Source of the DNA: Meyerozyma guilliermondii
Taxonomy: Eukaryota
Assembly: GCA_051546255.1 (NCBI GenBank)
Contig: CP128820.1
Span: 744,001-808,000 of the forward strand
Direction of reading: 5' to 3'
DNA length: 64,000 nucleotides
Shown: positions 56,883 to 64,000 of the stretch, one piece after another
Layout of the letters: the number at the start of each line of letters is the position of its first letter
Numbering within the stretch: position 1 is the stretch's first letter
The notes under the pieces: generated by a model
What the model was told of the DNA's origin: nothing
The model's input: the letters and a program-made list of their open reading frames with translations, nothing else
Databases searched by the model: none
Position numbers and translations under genes: made by a program

Positions 56883-58036
56883 TAGTAAGTACAGTTCTGG
56901 GCAGTGGTCGTGTGGTTTTATAGTGGGCTCAATATACGAGTTGGAACAGATTGGCCCGTCTTGAGGCGGTTCGATGTGGTAGATTGCAACACTGTGGCAG
57001 TTTTTCGCAACCATTAGTTGCCAAGAGTCAATCGGCAATTAAGGCTAAAAGAACTGGGGAAAAAGGGTTTAGTTGTTCAATTGGCTCTTTCAGGGCTTTA
57101 GTAAAGTGAGCGACTTTGGTAGTGGCCGTGGTAGTGGTGGTTGTGGTAGATTTTTGGCATCCTTTGGGCCTGTTAATCGCAGTTCAGATAACGATGGTCA
57201 GCACGTGACCTGTCAAATTGTGGAACCCAGTTGCACTCTCTGTGGCTTTCTTGGCAAGAAGCAGGGCGGTACAAACCTAAAAGTTGAAATTGATTGCAAT
57301 TGGTTCTGACGTGAACAGGCATGCAATGGCCTAATATGAGCCTCATTTGACTTGATGTTGATTGCCAATTGATTTGCAGCCATTACTGAAGATGTCTCCT
57401 GCATGCCAGATCTCGGTGAGAGCCTATCAAAGATCACAAGAAATAATCACTGATGAAGTTACAATGTAATATGGCAAACTGAGTCGTCACTTTGCTAATT
57501 AACATTCAACTTTTCTTGAGTTTTCATCTTATTTTCAATTTTCACGATTCATCCTATTTTTCAATTTTCAGTCTTCAGCTTATTTTTCGTCTTCCATTTT
57601 CTCGATCTTTGTGATCTGAAAGGCCAGATCCATTAGTCACGCTTACGTAAATTGCGTTTTCCACAACACATCTTAATCCAATCGCAGTGTTGCACCCGTT
57701 ATCTACCCCACTTGGTGCCGCTCTCCATGCGCGGCGCACCCCACGATTTGCAAAACGAACTAAAACAGAGAGTTCATAAAGCGAACCCATTCATTCCTCT
57801 TTCAGTTTCCGTTTCCGTTTCCGTCTCTTCCTCTCGGTCTATTCCGTCTCTCCGTCGCTTTCCGTTTCCAACTATTGTGCGGCACCTACGCCGCTTTCGG
57901 CCTGTGGTGCGGTTTCGCACGGCATGAACGCCGTGGTCCTGCAGACAGCTATGCGCCCTATGTCTATATTGTGACTCAAGTTCTCCAAACTTCTTCAAAT
58001 AATACCGTAGTTCTGGAAACTACCCCTCCTCCAAAG

Positions 58037-58606
58037 ATGGACCATGTCTCCAAATCAGTAGAACTGTACCATCAGTTTCTCAACGAGATGGAATCCGGAG
58101 ATTATACCTCAGATGTGATCTCTTTTAGCCAAGAACCTGACCTTCTGCTGGGTGATAATGAGAGTATCGTGCGAATTGAACTCGTGCCCGACCTCGAAAC
58201 GTGCCGAAAAGACCTGCTGGACGGAAAACGAACACCGTCTCCAGACAGCAATACCTATTCGAATTCACTCAGAAAACGACAATCACGATATCACCGCCCA
58301 CCAAATACTTCATCAACACCCCACAAAAACTATCCACAGTCACCCCAACCACACTCTATTCACTTCTCACCTCACACGGAATCTACCTCCGGGTCCTGCA
58401 TCTACGACCCATACCTCGAATCCGATTTGGATGAGGAAATCACCGACGACGACGACGACACAAAAAAGGGTGCAGCTTGGTTCAATCCTGTTGTCCCTGG
58501 GCTTTTCCCCTCGATGGATATACGTGACACGAACCAATTTGCGTCGCCAGAGATTCTTCCTTTGGTGCCCTCATATTCGGTGGACGACCCTGCTGCGTAT
58601 ATATGA
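58037..58606 (+). CDS. Hypothetical low-complexity protein
   Basis: ATG-initiated ~189-aa ORF in its own intergenic slot; Ser/Pro/acidic; no recognised family. Confidence 0.55.
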   Translation: MDHVSKSVELYHQFLNEMESGDYTSDVISFSQEPDLLLGDNESIVRIELVPDLETCRKDLLDGKRTPSPDSNTYSNSLRKRQSRYHRPPNTSSTPHKNYPQSPQPHSIHFSPHTESTSGSCIYDPYLESDLDEEITDDDDDTKKGAAWFNPVVPGLFPSMDIRDTNQFASPEILPLVPSYSVDDPAAYI

Positions 58607-58775
58607 CATATATGACACGCGTTATGGACTTATGGCTGGCTTATATAGTCTAATGAATGCATTTTATTCTCTGTCGGTTGGTTATCGTAGCGCTGGGGTA
58701 AAAGTTAAATATAGTGGGTGTTTGGGCCCACGCACACCTGAAAAATTATTTCGTGAACAAGAAGTTGAAAACGAC

Positions 58776-59882
58776 ATGCATCGTCACATGAGGTTTTTAT
58801 CAACCACTGCGGTGCGATCGGTGTGGTCTGACTTCACCAAGCGACCCGCGTCACTCAAAGTAGCAAACGACGCTGTTAGAAAATGTTTGATATCGGGTAT
58901 AGACCCCGATGTGGGACCGGCTTCCATCACTGAACCGGCACAAAAAACTGCCTACCATTCACCTTTACACATTGACGAGGTGTTCCAGGCTTCGTACAAG
59001 TTGCTTGAGGAGCAGAGCGAGAAGTATTATTCCAAAATTGACGAACTTGAGGCGAAAAAGGCAACCGTTGAAGATGAGGACCTGAAAATAAAACTCCAAA
59101 AAAGAATCGATCAGTTGCGTTTAAAGGCTGAAGACAAGAACCCCGAAGTGTTGTACAACGCCAGGTTTGCTCCTGGGACTATGGACCCTACACAGCCCGT
59201 GTATCGCAAGTACATGAAGGAAGCATGGAAGGACTACGACTTGATGATCACCATGCAACGGGTAGAACAGCTCAAAATGATCCCAGACACTCTTCCTACT
59301 TTTGAGCCCACCACTGATGTCAAGGTGAAGTTTCCTCATAACACAGAAGCCGAATTTGTGGGTGCCATAACTCCCGGAACCATTCTCCCAACCTTTGCTG
59401 TTTCCAGACCTCCACAAATTTCAGTGACAAACTTCGATAGCATTCAGGATAAAGCATTGTACACAGTGCTTCTCGTGAACCCGGATACGCCCGATTTGGA
59501 GGCCAATTCGTTCTCAACTACTCTTCATTATGGCCTTCACAATGTTGCCTTGGACAACGTCAATTGCACCATTGATCCCAAGCTCGACAGTGACCCTCAT
59601 GTATTTAAAAGCTACGAGCCCTTGGTACCCGAAAAAAACGCTCAGCTTCAAAGAGCGTGTCTTTGGGTGTTGAAACAATCGCAGCCATTGCACAATGTGA
59701 CTGTTGAAAAAACCTCCAAATTTGATATTCGTGCTTTCGTTGAAAAACACGCTCTTGTACCTGTTGGAGCCCACATATGGAGACAGCAATTTGACCGCAG
59801 TGTCAATGCCATACGTGCCGAATATGGCCTTCCTGCTGGCCGAGTCTTTGCTCGGGTCCGCAGACCTCATCCCATGCCTTGA
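58776..59882 (+). CDS. MRPL35: Mitochondrial ribosomal protein mL38 (PEBP fold)
   Basis: VWSDFTKR, NPEVLYN, QPVYR, MQRVEQLKMIPDTLPT, LVNPDTPDL, P.PEKN; upstream part of the tracked ORF is not coding. Confidence 0.92.
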   Translation: MHRHMRFLSTTAVRSVWSDFTKRPASLKVANDAVRKCLISGIDPDVGPASITEPAQKTAYHSPLHIDEVFQASYKLLEEQSEKYYSKIDELEAKKATVEDEDLKIKLQKRIDQLRLKAEDKNPEVLYNARFAPGTMDPTQPVYRKYMKEAWKDYDLMITMQRVEQLKMIPDTLPTFEPTTDVKVKFPHNTEAEFVGAITPGTILPTFAVSRPPQISVTNFDSIQDKALYTVLLVNPDTPDLEANSFSTTLHYGLHNVALDNVNCTIDPKLDSDPHVFKSYEPLVPEKNAQLQRACLWVLKQSQPLHNVTVEKTSKFDIRAFVEKHALVPVGAHIWRQQFDRSVNAIRAEYGLPAGRVFARVRRPHPMP

Positions 59883-60205
59883 TGTACATAGTTAAGCAAA
59901 ATAAGAGAGAACAATGTAGAGACGAGGGTGAAGAAGCCGGTGGCGAGATTGGAAGCTCAGAAATATACTGGTTGTAATGTTAAGGCACCGTTTCTGATCT
60001 CTTGCTTCATCTTGAAGTGGTATATTGCACCCAAACACCCATACCTCTAGTAACATTTGAAGCACAAAGCGAACTTCTTGAATTAACTTAAACCATTTAC
60101 TTGAATACCATTTTCCTCAATTGGCTAGCTTTTGTTCACATAAATCAATTCCCCAATCACATCAATAGGAGCACTAGTACCAGGAAGACCTTCCTTTAAT
60201 GATAA

Positions 60206-63148
60206 ATGTCATCTCAGCAACTACCATCTCCACAACGAAGAGAAGAATTGGCAAAGCAAAATGCCGCAGCATGGGATGATTTGGACCCACCAGTCACCAC
60301 TGGGTATGACTCCTCCTTCAAGAAGAACACAGCATTCATTAAAAAGGTGAAAGCTTCAATCAACGAAGCTCAGTATAAACTGCTAGTGCGAGATATTGCA
60401 ACCTTGTCGTTGGAAAAGTACTTGCCGGAAATCATACCTGCTGTTTTTGAAGGTCTCTGCAAGATATCGAAGCCGGAAGACGTGGCTGCTGCTCTGGAAG
60501 TGACAACTGCTTTGCATACCCGGTTCAAACTGGAATTCTCATCGGGTCTTTTGGGCCTTTTTTTTCAAGGAATAGATCCCACTACGACTACGTCGATTCG
60601 CCAAAGAAACTTGCTAAGGCTCATGATGGAATTTCACCTAATTGGTTTGTTCCGTACTGTGGGCGGCACCACAAAAGATGCATTGCCAGATCGACTTGCA
60701 AAACGGTTTGCTGAAATAAAGGATGAAGATGCGGTGGTTATTGCAGTTAAGGAGGTCTTAGCATATGACGTGACACTGGAAGGTGCCCTATCTGTTGCCA
60801 CGGGGTTTCTTAGGCGATATGGAGAACAATTGACCCCCAAACTCAAAACTCTCTTTGTTGCGTACGCACAAGAGTCGTTCAAAGTACTCCAGTCAGTCGC
60901 TGCAGATACTGCAAAGTTGACCAAAGCCAATAGGAAAAAAGCTTTGAAAGTAGGGCGGATTTTGGAGGAAGAAAATGTCAAACTTGAGGAACAAGAACAG
61001 CTCTACGAAAAGTTTCAAAGGGCATGCGAATACCTTGCTGAAATATTAGACTTACAAATGCCTACTTTGGCAACACCAGCAGCCGATATGACGACGGAGT
61101 CCAGTGTGGAGCTCGTAAGAAATACAGAAGATGTGGATATGGTTTGGGAAAGTGCTGCTGAGCGTGATTTCTACACAAAGATTCCTACGCTAGAAAATTT
61201 ACCTGCTTCTGAAACCCAGCTGGAAGAAGACGCTGCTTCCCGAATGACAGCTTTGTTGGCCAAATTGTCGGTTGCTGGTGACGAAGACGTTTCTCTGCTT
61301 GTTTCTGAGTTCAATCTGGGTCTCAACAATAAAGCTTCTCGCCAGAGAATTCGCCGACTTTGCACCGAATCGACCAACTTTTCCAATTTCAAGATTGTTG
61401 CAAAATTCCTCAAGATGAACGAGCAGTCTTTGGGTCCCACCATCAACGAAATCATCGTTGCCTTGGACGATAAGCTTCGGGGCCAGATCTACCACGATAA
61501 ACTAAATTTCCGAAGCGTCTATTTTTTCGTCGAATTGGTAAAATTCAAGTTGATCCCCACCCATGTTGTATTCCACAAAATCCACAAGCTTATACTCAAC
61601 ATCAAGAACATTCACAATACCGATATTCTCGCGGTTTTCTTCGAGCAATGTGGCCGATTTTTACTCCACGACACAGATTATCGACCATTCATGGTGGAAA
61701 TGTTGGACCTTCTTCAAAGTGAGCAGAAAAACAAAAACTTGACCATCCACGATAAACTGTCGATCCGTACGTTGTTGATGATGATCGACCCTCCCGAAGT
61801 GAAAGTTGAAAGAAAACGCAAAATTCTTCCTCCTGAAGAACAATTTTTGTTGCACGTATTTCACACAGAATTAACCAGTGCTCCGCGGACGGCTACATCG
61901 GTGGGGACTATTATAACCCAGTGTAACTGGTCTGCCAATCAAGTCGCATATTCTACGTTGGAAAGAATCTTCTCACGGCCGCAAGACGTCAATTTCGATG
62001 TGATCCACAACCTCGCTGTGGTTTTACAAAGGTACGTGAAACATGATAGACAGCTATTGGTTCGAGTGGTCGATACAACGGTGGAGAACATAATCCGAGG
62101 ATTAGAAATTGACGACTACAAGATCAAAAGAGACAGACTATGCGATGTTCTGTACTTGGGAGAGCTATGGAATTGTGGTCTCGTCACCTCCAAGTTGGTG
62201 GTAACAATATTGTTCACCATTATAACGTTTGGACATCCAAACAACCAGCCACTTCCAAGTATAACCTCGGGCTTTGACGATTCTCTGAACTACTTTCGCT
62301 TGCACCTATGTGTGGCATTGATGAAGCGCATAGCAAGTACTTTTGTCTTTCCGAAGAAATACTTTGCACTTCTTGAGTACTATTGTCACTGCAAAGACCG
62401 CCCGTTACCTCTTGAATTGGAACAAAATCTTGAACAATTGTATACGGCGCAAAACATAAACAGGTGCAACTCTCTTGCTGAGTCTATGGCTCAATTGAAG
62501 CTTGTCATTGAGGAGGAAAGAAAACCTCAAAGCAACAATACGAGCACTGAATCCAACTCTGAAACTTTGAAAGAAAGCAGAGAAACCATTCTCGAGGAAG
62601 ATGAAGACCTGGAACTTCTGGCTGGTATACTCTCTGAAGATGAGGATACGGATGACGACGAAGAAGAGGATGAAGTTGAAGATGATGATGATGAAGAAGA
62701 AGAAGACGAAGACGAAGACCTCGAGGCTGAACTTGAATCTAACGGTGAAGAAGACGAAGACAACGAGGTTGAAGAACTGAGTGAAGACGAGCTCACCGAT
62801 TCTTCTGAAGAAAGCCACAGTGAATCTTCGTCAGACGACGATAACTTCGAGAACGATTTGGTGGCCGCTGAGCTCGATAAAGAGTATCTGCGTATTGTGG
62901 TCGATGCGTATAACAAGACTAAGGCCAATAGCAATCGGTCAATCAAGCTCAATGTTCCCATACCAAGAACTAATGTACCCCCTGGTGGGCCCTCACGAGC
63001 GGTTGGCTTAATCACAAGAAGAGGAAAGAATGTTGATGTTCGTGCTATCAACATTACTGATAATCGGGGAGTTGACCTATCGAAGAAAGAAGACGAGGCA
63101 AAACGACACCGCGAGAAAATCATGAATTTGGTCCTGAATATGGAATAA
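60206..63148 (+). CDS. NMD2: NMD factor Upf2
   Basis: DSSFKKNTAFIKK, LSLEKYLPEI, ELVKFKLIP, YLGELWN, TFGH, acidic tract, LITRRGK. Confidence 0.92.
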   Translation: MSSQQLPSPQRREELAKQNAAAWDDLDPPVTTGYDSSFKKNTAFIKKVKASINEAQYKLLVRDIATLSLEKYLPEIIPAVFEGLCKISKPEDVAAALEVTTALHTRFKLEFSSGLLGLFFQGIDPTTTTSIRQRNLLRLMMEFHLIGLFRTVGGTTKDALPDRLAKRFAEIKDEDAVVIAVKEVLAYDVTLEGALSVATGFLRRYGEQLTPKLKTLFVAYAQESFKVLQSVAADTAKLTKANRKKALKVGRILEEENVKLEEQEQLYEKFQRACEYLAEILDLQMPTLATPAADMTTESSVELVRNTEDVDMVWESAAERDFYTKIPTLENLPASETQLEEDAASRMTALLAKLSVAGDEDVSLLVSEFNLGLNNKASRQRIRRLCTESTNFSNFKIVAKFLKMNEQSLGPTINEIIVALDDKLRGQIYHDKLNFRSVYFFVELVKFKLIPTHVVFHKIHKLILNIKNIHNTDILAVFFEQCGRFLLHDTDYRPFMVEMLDLLQSEQKNKNLTIHDKLSIRTLLMMIDPPEVKVERKRKILPPEEQFLLHVFHTELTSAPRTATSVGTIITQCNWSANQVAYSTLERIFSRPQDVNFDVIHNLAVVLQRYVKHDRQLLVRVVDTTVENIIRGLEIDDYKIKRDRLCDVLYLGELWNCGLVTSKLVVTILFTIITFGHPNNQPLPSITSGFDDSLNYFRLHLCVALMKRIASTFVFPKKYFALLEYYCHCKDRPLPLELEQNLEQLYTAQNINRCNSLAESMAQLKLVIEEERKPQSNNTSTESNSETLKESRETILEEDEDLELLAGILSEDEDTDDDEEEDEVEDDDDEEEEDEDEDLEAELESNGEEDEDNEVEELSEDELTDSSEESHSESSSDDDNFENDLVAAELDKEYLRIVVDAYNKTKANSNRSIKLNVPIPRTNVPPGGPSRAVGLITRRGKNVDVRAINITDNRGVDLSKKEDEAKRHREKIMNLVLNME

Positions 63149-63206
63149 AATGCTACGGCACTCATCTAATTTTTTATTCCTCGCTATCCCATATCCTCTC
63201 ACGTAT

Positions 63207-64000
63207 TCATGATACTCGTGCTACAACAACTGTGATGTCATCTTCCTTACCTCCAAGGTACTTTTGGCCGGTTAATCGGGACAATTCTTGAGCAAAAGCA
63301 CTAGGAAAGTTAGCATCCTTTGACACTTTCACAACCTCCTCAACGAATCTCGTTGTAGCCTTCCCTATTTGCTCTGGCGTCAGATCAGGTGCAACGTAGT
63401 CTTGTAAATATGTTTCAATATCCTGTGGTACCACATTATCTGTAACTCCGTCCGTTGCAAACATCACTATATCCCCCTTTTGTAGTTGCCAAGAATACTC
63501 ATCAGCCATATCTGGCGTGTCTATGATATAGCGTCGTCCTTCCAATTCCGCTTTGCGGACGATTTGGCGAGGAATTTTCGCAAGCTGAAAAGGTGTGTTG
63601 AAATTGTGTGTTTGAAACGTCGTTTCGTGGACGATTTTCTGATCGCGGAACACTCCACACCATGAATCTCCCAAATTAGCAACCTTAAGTTGACGGTCTG
63701 GCGATAGAATTCCAAGGCATGCCGTGGTTCCTCCTATTTCAACTTTGGGCGATGATGTAACCTGCTCAAAAGCAGCTTTGAGAAGTTCCCTTGGCGTCAA
63801 ATTCACCAAATCAGAAGCTGTGGCCAGTTCAAAGTCCTGACGAATGAACAGACAGAGTTCTCTGGAAATAGCAGACGAATCGTATCCAGCTTCGGCCCAA
63901 CCGCCAACACCATCGGCCACTCCTAACGCAACGTATCCGCCCTCACGTTCCCTACTCACAAACAAGTTGTCTTCTCCGCTTGGCAGCTGGCTTGCTGGGA
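63207..64000 (-). CDS. PTC7: PP2C phosphatase Ptc7 (5' truncated)
   Basis: GEDNLF, GVADGVGGW, GGTTAC, ANLGDSW, FNTPFQL, ATDGVTDN, GGKEDDITVV. Confidence 0.93.
   Translation of the reverse strand, partial: PASQLPSGEDNLFVSREREGGYVALGVADGVGGWAEAGYDSSAISRELCLFIRQDFELATASDLVNLTPRELLKAAFEQVTSSPKVEIGGTTACLGILSPDRQLKVANLGDSWCGVFRDQKIVHETTFQTHNFNTPFQLAKIPRQIVRKAELEGRRYIIDTPDMADEYSWQLQKGDIVMFATDGVTDNVVPQDIETYLQDYVAPDLTPEQIGKATTRFVEEVVKVSKDANFPSAFAQELSRLTGQKYLGGKEDDITVVVARVS

Noticed and set aside
58152..58775. N-terminal extension making MRPL35 a 576-aa protein
   Set aside because: Begins at a non-ATG codon, overlaps another ORF out of frame; the presequence starts at 58776

Overview
Gene-dense, nearly intron-free budding-yeast DNA from the CUG-Ser clade: CTG sits at conserved Ser positions in MTR4, AMD1 and CDC20, so CTG-Leu in the ORF track should be read as Ser. 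From 12.9 kb onward it is mostly housekeeping genes: GPM1, NSP1, a PQ-loop protein, HEM2, VPS20, CDC20, HOG1, RGP1-like, AMD1, THI20, PAN1, HSP78, DFG16, SFB3, SHE4, YNG2, MGR1, spliced COX6, a bZIP factor, SPE3, MDR1, two tandem Dal5/Soa1-family permeases, MRPL35, NMD2 and PTC7. The first 12.7 kb is accessory. (i) At 1.3-6.9 kb is a three-gene cassette: a secreted GH20 beta-N-acetylhexosaminidase, a compact HGSNAT/NagX-family transmembrane acetyltransferase split here by a 4-bp duplication, and a divergent Mal11-type sugar porter. It is bracketed by a diverged ~135-bp direct repeat and is a candidate undescribed amino-sugar oligomer utilisation cluster. (ii) At 7.2-12.7 kb is a gene-poor block with ~550-bp direct repeats carrying conserved palindromes and a 145/173-bp tandem array, surrounding one PITH-domain gene. 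Gene names come from recalled family motifs; no database search was run.
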